This document shows positions 31,101 through 43,535 of a DNA stretch of 64,000 nt, one piece after another; the stretch's first letter is position 1; the number at the start of each line of letters is the position of its first letter. The DNA is taken from assembly GCF_009914755.1 (NCBI RefSeq), contig NC_060929.1; one strand, given 5' to 3'. The stretch is from the human T2T-CHM13v2.0 reference genome, Homo sapiens. Both the position numbers and the translations under genes were made by a program. Under the pieces are notes generated by a model, which saw only the letters and a list, made by a program, of their open reading frames with translations, made no database searches and was not told where the DNA came from.

Positions 31101-32916
31101 TGTGACTCTGAGGCACCCCAGTAGCTTTGGCCCAGGGGCCTAGGTTGAGGTTATGATTCTTTCCTTAGGGGGCAGGGCACAGCATTGGCGTGATTGGGAA
31201 GAAGGGGTGCTCTGGAGGTTTGGGCCCAGGGAGCAGGGTGTATGTAGCTACAATTTGGGAACCTGAGCCAATAGGGCTCAGTGGCAAGTTGGAGCCTAGA
31301 GGATGAGGCACCATGCAGTAATGACTCTAGGCCCCCGGATGGTGGAGCTTGGCAGTATCCTAGGCTCTGTGAAGCCAGGTGCAACAGCAGCACATATCCC
31401 AGAATGGCAGAGCACAGCTGTTGTGTGGGCCCTGGGGAGGGGAGGGAACAGCACAGCGATTACTCTACTCTGCAAGGAGAGGAGTGTCTCAGCAGTTCAG
31501 ACTCTAGAGAATCCAGCTTTAGGGAAACAGAATACTAGAGTTGTTTGGCCTGTACGGCGAATGTCTCTGCTCAGCCACTGTTCTGTTTCCCTTGGATGCA
31601 GGGTACTATGTCGGCTCAGCCCTGGGATGCTCAGCTGGTTTAGGGCACCAGTTCCCCAGGGGCAATGTGCTGCTTCAGCGCAGGCCTGAGGGGCATGACT
31701 TTTCTGGACAGTCCAGGCACTGATTCCTTGGGATGCAGGGCACCACTTCTGCTAAAGCACTTGGATGCGTGACTGCTCTGGGTGCCATTTCCTTGGATTC
31801 AGGGCACCGCTTCAAGTTGGGCACTAGTGTGGGGTGACTCCTCTAAGCAGCGAAGGTACTGTTTTCCCTGGAAGGGGAGTGATATTGTTTGGATTTGTGT
31901 CCCCCCCCAAATCTCGTGTCTAATTGTAGTCCCCAGTGTTGGAGGAGGGGCATGGTAGGAGGTGATTGGATTGGCGGGGGGCGGGGGGGTGAGTGGGGGG
32001 ATTTCCCCCTTGCTGTTCTTGGGAGTGAGTTCTCACAGATCTGGTTGTTTAAAATCTCCCCCTTTGCTCTCTTCCTCCTGCTCTCGCCATGTAAGATATG
32101 ATTCCTTTCTCTTTGCTCTGTGCCATGATTGTAAGATTCCTGAACCACCCACCCCCCGCCCTGCCCCCCACCGCCAGCCATGCTTCCTGTACAGCCTGCA
32201 GAACCATGAGCCAATTAAACCTGTAAAGGTAGTCCTTTATAGCAGTGCAAGTATGGGCTAATACAGGGAGAGAAGAGGGGTAGATGGAGTGGCTTCCTCT
32301 CTCCTTGGCCCCATGAGTAAGGGTATAACAGTTGCTTGCAGCTTGGGGATGTCTGGCCAATTGGTTGTGATAGTTTGGTGGTGACTTAGCCTTGGGGATG
32401 AAGGGAAGCTGTGGCCGCTCACACTAGGAGCAAGACACACTCCAGCCATGGTTCCATTTCCAAGATGGTATAGCACAGTAGTTGCATGGGCTGTAGAGGG
32501 CAGGTCACAGTCTCGTCCCCTTCTTGGAGGGAGCACAGCAATGTGGATTCTAGGCAGGTCCCTCAGCTGGGCCTAGTGCCTATGAGAACTGCAGGGACAG
32601 TGGTGAGGTCTGTATGTGTCCAAGGTGTTGATGGGGGTTGCTGAAATCCTCTTGCTTACCTCCTCGAAGTAGGGAGGTTTGTCCTGGTTCCCGGGTGATC
32701 CTGGTTGGGGTATAGGGTGGTGGAGGCCTGGTGTTTCCTTCTGTTTTCCATGTGGCCAGCCTGAGATTTGTCACCAGGGTTTCTGTAACTCCTCTGATGC
32801 GCTTTGGCACTCTATCTCAATTATTTTTATTAAAATGTAGTTGTTTAGTCGTTGTTTTGGGTGTTGTTTTGAGGGGGGTGAATGCTAGGAGCTGCTAGTT
32901 GGCCATCTGATGTCAC
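28128..32916 (-). mobile_element. L1MA-like element: 3' part joined directly to ORF1/5' UTR (internal deletion), with nested Alus (about 28832-29124, 30005-30200, 30258-30475) and an MST LTR
   Basis: 28128-29325 is reverse L1 3' UTR and ORF2 end. 29330-30600 is reverse ORF1 ('cctggcctgtagcgtttctgcatagaaatctgc', 'ccagacttgggaagtttccagctattatt'). 30600-32916 is a GC-richer 5' UTR ending in 'ggccatctgatgtcac'. Confidence 0.8.
31880..32265 (+). mobile_element. MST (MaLR) solo LTR
   Basis: tgatattgtttggatttgtgtccc...gcctgcagaaccatgagccaattaaacct...ggctaataca, with a perfect 5-nt TSD gggag (31875-31879 and 32266-32270). Confidence 0.92.
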
Positions 32917-32934
32917 TGTTTTAAACCCTTTGTA

Positions 32935-33195
32935 AACATAAACTCATTTAATCTTCACAAAATAATGTGAGGTAGATACTATAACTGGTCGCATATTAAT
33001 TGTAATAGAGGTTACGTAATCTTGCAAGGTCACTCATCTAACAAATGGTGGAGCCAGGATTTGAACCTAGGTTGTTTGGCACCAGAGGACAGAGATACTG
33101 TGTTTTAATTGTTCCTATAATCACTGCTGTCTAGAATATTGCCTGGACATAGTGGTGTTCAATAAATATTTGTTTAACAACTGAGTGACTGAACC
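32935..33195. mobile_element. MIR fragment followed by an L2 3' end
   Basis: 'ctcatttaatcttcac...aaggtcactcatctaacaaatggtggagccaggatttgaacctagg', then 'gcctggacatagtggtgttcaataaatatttgtttaacaactgagtga'. Confidence 0.7.
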
Positions 33196-34260
33196 ACTTT
33201 GCTGTACTGGAATTGGATTCTAAGTGTGACGCCAATCAGTTACTTTCTAATTAAGTGTGGCTGGAATATTATTTGCTGACTAGAAGTGTTGAATCTCCAT
33301 TAGCTGCATGTTGTTCTTTGACTGTAAGTGTAAAATTGATGGCAGAAGTAAGGATGGGTTGGCATCAACCTTAGATCCTGTGAGAAGGACCACTTCTGCC
33401 TCATATTGTCGACTCTGGCTTCCCAACATGCTAGTGATGTAATAATGCTTTGATGCTTACATTCCCTCCATCTGTGTGCAGAGAGCTTATTGAGGTATTT
33501 GATGATAATGTAATGCTTCTTATTTATTACCTAGTCTATGAATTCTTGCCTTTTGTGATTATTTTTTTCTGAAAACTTGGACACTGAATAGTAATGTTAC
33601 TGTCGGTGTTTTATTTGTAAATACTTTGGACTGGTTGGATTGTTTGACCATGGACCCTTTTTTTAAGTGTAGCCATTTGTATCCAAGAGAAATCTATGGC
33701 TATAATTTTATATTGTTAAGAGAGAAATGAGAGGAAACTTCCACTTGAATTTTCAGCTCTTGGTTAGAGGCAGTGTTATAGATTGCTTAGAAGTTAGTTT
33801 CTATTTTTTGGTCAGTCCATGGGATATCATTCAGATTACATTGAAAGCAGTTCTTTGTTCCTGAGTCTGCTTGAACCATCACTGGGTTGGTGAAGTTGGG
33901 GATTATGAAAGCTAAAGTAGACCAAGAGACTCTAGTTTTGTAAATAATCTATTATGTTGCTTAATAGGTCACTTTCCTCAGTAATCTGGATTACTTATTG
34001 GCATTATATATCTTGAAAAGAGTACTTTTAATCATTATTCTTATTACAGTAAATAGTGCTGTACTGTGATAGTGTCCGTTTTCTTTATGTAACAAAATCT
34101 AATTTCTTTGTGCTAAGGCAAGAGCAGTTCTAAAGAGAGAAAAAAGAACACTTTAGCAGTCAGGACAAATGATGGTATTTCGTTATTATTTTCATCATAG
34201 ATTAAAATATATCCCTCATACTTTGTAAATAGGAGTCTATCAGAGATACACTGTGATAAG

Positions 34261-34838
34261 GGCAAGACAATTAGAAAATGGCACACAGAACATATGCACC
34301 AGCTGTTTAAGCATAATGGTTAACCCTAGCTCCTTGTCATAACTCGAGTCTTGAAATGATCACCAATTCTCTAAATCCACAGGATCTTGTTTCTGAATAT
34401 TTAGCCTAATGTAGTCTTTGGAAAAGTAGAAGTTGGTAATACCATACCAGGCAGTGGCTTAGGAAAGTCATGTGTTGAATAGTAATTATGGCACCTGCTA
34501 ACTTGAGATGACCGTAAGTGTCTTTGGTAACTAACCTTTATAAGAAGCTATGCTGATCTAGGTCATAGATACTTAGGAGGAATGCCAAAGCTGATTGCAA
34601 AGCATTTTTATAAAACGGTAGACAATTTAAGTACTTAAAGGCAAATGCCTTCCCGGAAAACTTTTAGAGCCCCTCAGATTGTGGTGAAGGCAAGACATTT
34701 AGAAAATGCCACACAAAACATGTGCACCAGCTGTTTAAGTGTAATGTTTAGTCATAGCCCCTTGTTGCTTGAGTCTTTAAATGATAACTGATTCTTTAAA
34801 TCTACAGGGTCCTGTTTTTGAATATTTAGCCTAATGTA
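34261..34838 (+). repeat. Diverged local direct duplication of about 150 nt (34261-34413 and 34689-34838)
   Basis: Both copies read ggcaagaca.ttagaaaatg.cacaca.aacat.tgcaccagctgtttaag...tgaatatttagcctaatgta. Confidence 0.93.
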
Positions 34839-35799
34839 CTGTGTTACAGGGCATTTGGAGTGCTGTGAGCTATTACTTGCAAATTTAGATTCCAAATGAG
34901 AAAAGAATTCTAGGAGGAAAAGTAAGCTGTCATGTTATACAAGGTTTGAATAAAGATGCAAACCTAAATATATACTGAGATGAAGTTTCAGAAAAAGGAA
35001 GCCAGTTTGGTGTCTCTAATGCCTAATTAGGAACTCATCTAGAAAGATGAACCACTAAATAGCTAAGTCAGATGGCTAATTGAGTAATTGACTTTGTCCT
35101 TTCTAACTTGGTCAATTTTCTGTTACTGTTTACACATGTAATACTCAAAATGTTTAAATTTATACTCTAGGATTTAGTTAATGACATTAACATTGACATT
35201 TTAACATGTAAAATAAGAGTTGGGCTACCATTTGGTGATTATTTAGAGTTATCACCTGTATTCTTCTTCTGTGGTGGTGATCCATTTTTACTAAAGCCTT
35301 TTTTTCCCTTCTGAGTATTGTGAGTGAAAGAGGGATACCAGAAATACCCGCTTCCCATTCCCATCTTGTGTATTTTTGGCATCACTTATTTGTCGCTTAG
35401 CATATCTACTCAGCCTACCAAGTAGATGCCATCATTAGTGGAAATGATGCCAAGGACCTCAAATCCTTCTTACTGTGGATTATAATTATGGGGTAGAAGA
35501 AATGAAAAAAAGTAGTTTAAGACCGTATCTATACAGAGTCTTATAATCATAGATTGGGGCTATGAAGCACATACGCCTCAACTTTATGGCTTACTGACCT
35601 GCGAACTGTTTAATGTACTGTGTAAGAAAAGTGTGGTTCTGTGTCCTAAAGTGGTTTTTGGGGTGGGGAGCGGGAGAGGAGGAGATACGTGCTTGTCAGA
35701 ACAGCCTTGTGATATCCTCACCTATTTATGTAGTTCATACATACCTGTGGCATCCTGTCCCAAATTTCACAAAACTCTTACAATAAAATTATGTAACTT

Positions 35800-36145
<346 letters not shown>

Positions 36146-36269
36146 TCATAATAAGTCTTACTCTGTTTGACTGTATCTCTTCATGATCTTTCTATCGTTG
36201 GTTGGTATAGGTACATATATCTATATAGAGTTGTAATCAAGATGCTAGGCAGTTTGTTTTGTCTTTTAT

Positions 36270-36512
36270 TTAATGCCTTATTTAGTGCTGTGCTAAGTAC
36301 TTTACATACATTATCCGATTTAATCCTCAAAACAATGATAAGAAAGGTACTGTTACTGCTCTTCTTTGACAGAAGGGGAACCTTAGCCCTGAGGGTTTAA
36401 AATAAGGTCATAAAATAGCCAGGAGAAAGTAGAAGTGGGTGTGGGGTGGATTCAGATCTAGGTCTGTGTGATTCCAAAGCTCAGAATCTTACCTACCAAA
36501 CCATACTGCCTT
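36270..36512 (-). mobile_element. MIR
   Basis: 'gctgtgctaagtactttacatacattatccgatttaatcctc...aaggtcataaaatagcc...ggattcagatctaggtctgtgtgattccaaagctc'. Confidence 0.75.
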
Positions 36513-36662
36513 CTTTGTGATTGACTCTCAACTAGATTGTTAATGAAAATAATGTGTCTAATTAATAGAAATTCTAACTTTTCAGCATTTACCAGCAAAT
36601 TTTTATATGAGTAAAGCCCATATAAAGAGTGCTCCAATTTCTTGTTTTATTTACTCTTGTAG

Positions 36663-36932
36663 GAATTGAAAGATGTTGGCCATCGTGATCAGATGGCTGC
36701 AGCTAGAGGAATCCTGCAGAAGAACGTTCCGATCCTCTATACTGCATCCCAGGCATGCCTACAGCACCCTGATGTCGCAGCCTATAAGGCCAACAGGGAC
36801 CTGATATACAAGCAGCTGCAGCAGGCGGTCACAGGCATTTCCAATGCAGCCCAGGCCACTGCCTCAGACGATGCCTCACAGCACCAGGGTGGAGGAGGAG
36901 GAGAACTGGCATATGCACTCAATAACTTTGAC
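36663..36932 (+). CDS. CTNNA1: Catenin alpha-1 coding exon (exon 6), 270 nt, phase 0-0
   Basis: Acceptor tactcttgtAG ends at 36662 and donor GTaagt starts at 36933. Encodes ELKDVGHRDQMAAARGILQKNVPILYTASQACLQHPDVAAYKANRDLIYKQLQQAVTGISNAAQATASDDASQHQGGGGGELAYALNNFD. Confidence 0.97.
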
Positions 36933-37574
36933 GTAAGTTATGCTTGGGTGGAAATTTCCAGCTCTTGACCATCCCCCAAAAGATAACAGATTTCTGGGGA
37001 AAAGTGATCAAGGCTTCTGATGATAGCTCAATTTCCACTTAGATCTTTAATCTAAGTCAAAAGAAATTATGAATCATCAGTCTACTTGATTTTAACTTGG
37101 CCTAAAACATTTATTTTTATTTTTGTTTTTAGTTTGAATTAAACTTCTGGATTCTTTTATGTAGCTTGTGTTTCCTATGAGGTCATTCTTTACTGAGGAT
37201 ATGGGTTTGGTTCATTTCAACCAAGATTTTGACCTTCTGGCAGATGTGAAGCTATGGTAGATACAGAAACTAAGTACACGTAGGGTCAGCCCCCTAGAGG
37301 CTCGTGGTCTATTGGGAGATAGAGAAACATCATAAGTGACTGCAGCAAAAGTACCATCATTCTAATCTTTCTTGTCTGCCTAGATATACTTCTTTTCAGT
37401 GACTAAATTGGAATAATGAACAGAAATTTAATCAAGTGGAAGCAAATTTGGGATTAAAATACTTTCTTAGCATAATGCCATAATTACTTTTCATAAATGA
37501 TGCGCTAGGTCTGTCCTGTGTACACAACTCTTAAGGTTAACTTTTTGGTGGGTTATGTGTTCTTAATTCCTACC

Positions 37575-37608
37575 CACAGTGCCTCTTGGCTTCCAGTAGA
37601 TGGCAGCA
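37575..37608 (+). promoter_or_regulatory. Candidate CTCF binding site (core plus upstream motif)
   Basis: CCAGTAGATGGCAGCA at 37593-37608 fits the core consensus CCASYAGRKGGCRS. CACAGTGCC at 37575-37583 resembles the upstream TGCAGTNCC module at the usual spacing. Confidence 0.65.
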
Positions 37609-38943
37609 GTATAAGTTTTTTTTTTTTTTTTAGGGCTTTAAAAGTAACTGTTGGGGCTAATTAAAAAAAAAAAAAACAAACCAAAAAACAGAAATTGTGT
37701 TCCAGGTGACCAGCATCCTTTCATAAAGTAGGGATGCTATGAAATATAGAATAAAAAAAAATTACAATGGAGTGCATTTTGTTTTTAAGTTTTTCCTTGC
37801 CTTTACCTTTTCTTTCTTTTGCCACTTTACTTTCGCTTAGGTAGCTGATCCTTGTTGATATGCATGGCCGATTTAAGACTTTTTCATAAAGCAAGAAGGC
37901 AGTGTTAAGTCTAAAGACCATGGTGTTAGAACTCAGTTTTTACCATGGAGCTTTAAACATTAAATTATTTTATAACAAACTCTTATGGTGCATGTTAAAA
38001 TTTACTAGCAATGTTGTTTTTCCCCCCTTCAAAATTTGGCAGTATTAGGTATCTTTCAGGGTAGTAGCACATTTTGCCCTAAGTTGAGTAATATCTACCA
38101 GAAGCTACTTAACTTCTCAGGGACACAGGTATTTGTAAAATGAGGGTTTGTGCTAAATGATCTCAGGCTCATTGAGGCTCTGTTACTCTATTAAAATTCT
38201 ATGACCATTCATTTCTCATTTTTGTTGGCCAGAAAGCATTTTGTATTCAGTTTTGACCAGAGAAATCCTGTAATAACCTAACCTTACAAAAAATGATCAG
38301 CTAAAATGTGTAGGTTAATAATGAACTGAAGGTATTGCATGTTCAGTTTGAAAACTGAGGGTTCTTTGGAAGGGAAGGAAGAAATGTATACTTATTGGAA
38401 AAGGGCAAGGTTTTGGTAGAAAAAATTTGGCATTTAAGTTGAAATCAATAAGGACATAGTCTCTGTAAAGAAAAATTAAAGCCATAATATTTGCACAGAC
38501 ATTTATCAGGGTGAGGATAAATTATATCAAGTGGAGGAATTGGAGGGAGGCCAGTAGCTGCTGTCTTGAGGATGCCGATGTTTCACCTTGTACCTATAGC
38601 TTACTTGTGACCAGACCTCACTAAATGCTAGAAAAGCTGGATGTAAGTGGAGTCAGGAGGGAAGGGGAGACAGAAAAAGGATTTATTCTTATTGGAGCAG
38701 TTCTTCCTCACAGCTTAGGTTTTTGGGAGGATTGCTATCATCTCTTACAGAATACTAGAGGTCTTTGAGGAAAGGAAGTCTCTAATTTAGACATAACAGG
38801 ATAAATTTGAGACTGAATTATTTAGAAAACTTGATTAGATGTGTAAGATGAGGCAAATAGATGGAAATTCATTGTAAATGCATTTCTTTCTGAAACTTTA
38901 AGGTTAGAGATCAGTTTGTATGTGTGCGCACACGTGTATATAT

Positions 38944-39208
38944 TTTAAGAGACAAAGTCTTGCTCTGTTACCCAGGCTGGAGTGCAGTGGCACAATCATA
39001 GCTCACTGCAGCCTTGAACTTCTGGGTTCAAGTGATCCTCCCGAGTAGCTGGGACTATAGGCGTGTGCCACCATGCCCAACTTATTTTATTTTTTTGTAG
39101 AGACAGGGTCTTGCCTCGTTGCCTAGGCTGGTGTTCAACTGGCCTCAAACAATCCTCCTTCAATCTCTCAAAGTGTTGAGATTACAGGCATAAGCCACCA
39201 CACCTGGC
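38944..39208 (-). mobile_element. AluJ-type element
   Basis: Diverged reverse Alu about 440 nt upstream of the fourth exon. Confidence 0.9.
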
Positions 39209-39647
39209 TTGTTTGGCTTTTATTTTTTAATTTTTTTGTGGTGCAACAGTTCTAAATATCACATGGCAGTTTTATATTCTGCAAGTAAGAGGTAACTTTT
39301 ATTTTCCTTGTAATTCTCATCTGATGATTTGAATTGCTAGTCTTATACGGGTTTACCTTTAGATGTTCAGAATAAGTTGTGTGAGCATGATATGTTTGTA
39401 TTTGTGGTATCATACCTTATCATGCCTTGTTTGGCTACATAGCATTACTTCCACTGCTTTCTTTGAGGAGTGATCAACAGTAGGCCATCTTCTGTGGGAC
39501 AGCCCCTTACCTGCTAAGAAGTATAACTTTCTTTCAGATGTTGGAATTTTTGTGTTAAATCTTGATATTACTAATAACACTTTTCTCACCTTGAATAAAG
39601 AAGGGAACAGAGATGAGTACTAACATTCGGTAATACTTTCTCTGCAG

Positions 39648-39851
39648 AAACAAATCATTGTGGACCCCTTGAGCTTCAGCGAGGAGCGCTTTAGGCCTTC
39701 CCTGGAGGAGCGTCTGGAAAGCATCATTAGTGGGGCTGCCTTGATGGCCGACTCGTCCTGCACGCGTGATGACCGTCGTGAGCGAATTGTGGCAGAGTGT
39801 AATGCTGTCCGCCAGGCCCTGCAGGACCTGCTTTCGGAGTACATGGGCAAT
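39648..39851 (+). CDS. CTNNA1: Catenin alpha-1 coding exon (exon 7), 204 nt, phase 0-0; M1 / vinculin-binding region
   Basis: Acceptor tttctctgcAG ends at 39647 and donor GTgagt starts at 39852. Encodes KQIIVDPLSFSEERFRPSLEERLESIISGAALMADSSCTRDDRRERIVAECNAVRQALQDLLSEYMGN. Confidence 0.97.
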
Positions 39852-40034
39852 GTGAGTTTGACAGCTTTTCTTTGAAGTAAGATATTTATGGATGAGGAGT
39901 TTTCTATAACATGTTGGATCTGAGATGTTTTCACTATAAATACCAAATATGTCCTTGACTCCTTGATTTTTGGGAGTAGGTCAGATTTTTAAAGAAATGG
40001 ATAAATGGCTAAGTGGCTCTTTCCTCTCTCCAGC

Positions 40035-40285
40035 TTATTGAGAAATTTTCAACTTATAAAAATCATACAGTGAATACCTAGGAAATTTATCTGTATTCAT
40101 CAATTAACATGTAGATACATGTGTAGGTGTGTGTATATATAAATGTATATGTATGTATGGTATATACACAAACATCCTTTTTTCCCCCGAAGCCTTTGGA
40201 AGAAAGTTGTAGACATTGTGATGCTTCACCTCTAATATTTTAGCATGCCTCTCCAAAGAATAATGACCTTCTATACCACTAAAGT
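40035..40285 (-). mobile_element. Old L1MC-like 3' fragment
   Basis: 'gaaagttgtagacattgtgatgcttcacctctaatattttagcatgcctctccaaagaataatgac'. Confidence 0.55.
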
Positions 40286-40976
40286 TTCATTATCCCAAGT
40301 AGGTGGCTAATTTTGGGCAAAAGGGAATGTTGAAAACCTGCCTCCTCAATATTTATAGTTGTGAAAGTTTTTTCGTGAACCATATTGAATGTCACAAGAG
40401 TAGATAATTGCCAAGTAGAGTTACATAAAGCAAACTCTGGATAGTGTTTTTGAATTTTGAAGGTTTGTGCATAAAAACCCAGGCTATGAAATTTGATACC
40501 CACTTTTTTTTTTAAAAGGCCATAGAAAATTCTATATTTGTTGATTTTTCTCTGTTGCCATATGTCTTTCTTTTTTTCCTTCGCTTATACTTCTTCTATT
40601 CTGGTTATTTAATGCTAGCTTAGGGTTCCTGTCATTTAGACCTTGGACCCAATATTTTACTGTAGCTAATTAGCAATAAATTAAGTAAAAATTATATGAA
40701 ATCATTTTAAGGGGAAGAAGGACAACAACACAAATTAGTTGTCATCACTAGCGTTTTTTACCTGTTTAACACCTAAAAAAAAGATCTTGGTTCTTTCTCA
40801 TTTGTTCGTTTGCCATACATCTTGTCTGTTCACTTACAGGCCTGTAAAAGTTAATGGGTGATGGTAAATCATGGTGGAATTCCTAGGGTGAAGATGAATG
40901 CCTTCCTCTGTTTATCTTGTCTCTACCATACTGTGAAATTAGTGATGCATATTGAATTTTTTTAAAGCCATTGCCC

Positions 40977-41263
40977 CCTGGGCATGATGGTTCAAGCCTG
41001 TAGTCCCAGCGTTTTGGGAGGCTGAGGTGGGTGGATTGCGTGAGCCCAAGAGTTTGAGACCATCTTGGGCAACATGGTGAAATCCCATCTCTACAAAAAA
41101 TACAAAAGTTAACTGGGCATGGTGGCGCACGCCTGGTCTCAGCTACTCGGGAGGCTGAGGCGGAAGAATCGCTTAAGCCTGGGAGGTTGTGGCTACAGTG
41201 AACCATGGTCGCGCCACTGTGCTCCAGCCTGGGCGACAGAGCGAGAGTGTCTCAAAAAAAAAA
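40977..41263 (+). mobile_element. AluJ-type element
   Basis: Diverged forward dimeric Alu, with aaagccat near both ends. Confidence 0.9.
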
Positions 41264-41903
41264 GCCATGTTTTGATTATAGGCAGTCTACTTAAGAAAAA
41301 TGAGATTAGAGGTTTTGTTAAATCAAATGGAAAAAGTGGTTTTTAAGTCACAGTGAAAATGTGGGACACATTTAAAAATCCATAGCTAAGATTGAACATT
41401 AGAAAATATTTTAAAAGATGGATATGTTGCAGAATGGCTCACAATGTTGCAGTCTTAAACAGGGGAACAAAAACTCATGGTAAGTGGATCAGTCATCTGC
41501 TATCATGGGTAGTGCTGGAAATGGTGTAAAAGTGTCTTATGTAGTTATGATGAGGAAATCACTTCAAAAACAGACTTTGGTGGGAAGGAGGATGTGATAA
41601 ATCTGTTCCGATTGCTCCGTTTTAGAGCCTCCTAATCAGTCTATAAGATATCCCTTGAGTCTTGAGGTTGGTCACATTCTTGGGCCAATCACCCCTGGTC
41701 ATGAGTAACCTTGAGGTTTCGAAACCTAGAGTGCCATACAAACAGTACTGTCTATTCATGCCATCAGTGTAAGAAAAGGTGGGAAGCACTCATTTATACT
41801 GAAGACATGGAGACTGCAGTAGCATTCTTAAATGAAAACTGGAACAATGTGTGATGTGAGGCTGAAATTTGAGTATTATGGTAGGGATCTTGAAAGAAAT
41901 CTT

Positions 41904-42612
<709 letters not shown>

Positions 42613-43368
42613 TCACGTAACAGTGAACAGGCTTGGTCCTGTCAAAAAGCACTGGAGTGAGGATAAACGGTGAGGGCAGTGGAGCACACTTGAAGAAAGC
42701 TTAGAATGATAAAAGGGTCTGGAAGAAGCAGAAGCAACTGGGGATAGATTTTTGCTTATTTATGAAGCATTCAAAAACATTTAGAACCTCTAGTGAGTGT
42801 CAGAATATAACCAGCAATGTCTGCCTGTCAGTCAGTTCATTCTGAGTATGTGACACATGCAAAGCAGTGTGTTGGGCACAATGTAAGAGGAGGAATGAGG
42901 CTCTGATCCCTCCCTTCTGGAACAGACAAAGTTTCTATAGGGGGTTTAATGGGAGTGTCATCATAGGTACAGCCAAAATGCTGTGGAAATTGCAAGGAGG
43001 TTGAGGTTATTTCTATCTGGGAAATCCAGGAGGCTTTCTCTTCTAGAAGATTTATTTTGTAATCTTTTGGTTAACTTCTATCTTGATTTTAAAAAAATGG
43101 TTCATTTTATTTCTGTTGAAAAATATTAGACAAATTATGTTATGTGGAGAATTGAAATCACCTACATTAATTAATACTTGTTTACTACGTGGAACTTTGT
43201 ATAAACATTGTTGTAAAGTCCAGAAAGGCTCACATAATATTCACTTTTTCTGTTTCTTGGATTCTCTCATGTTGTTATTAATATTTTTATGGACACACAT
43301 TCGTAAAGTGTCTTCTTTCTTCGTTTTGTGTTGCTTATTACCAGGTTCCACTGGCTTTTTCTCTGAGG

Positions 43369-43535
43369 CAGTGATTCTTAACTTTGGATGCACATTACAG
43401 TCCTTGGGCAACTTTGATGTTTCAGGTGTACCCCAGACCAATTAAGTCAGAATCTCTGCGTCAAGATCCAAGCGTCAGTTATTTTAAAACACTTCCCAGT
43501 TGATTCCAGTGTGCAACTAAGGTGGAAAAACTGCT
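43369..43535. mobile_element. MER5-type hAT-Charlie MITE
   Basis: cagtgattcttaactttggatgcacatta...ccccagaccaattaagtcagaatctctg...cccagttgattccagtgtgcaactaaggtggaaaaactg. Confidence 0.8.

Noticed and set aside
36887-36901. GGT(GGA)4 glycine run in the third exon as an unstable coding repeat
   Set aside because: It is only five codons and is the normal QGGGGGE linker of alpha-E-catenin.
39620-39946. 108-aa ORF antisense to the fourth exon (a similar 92-aa ORF at 24237-24515)
   Set aside because: These are shadow ORFs opposite coding exons, with no independent evidence of a gene.
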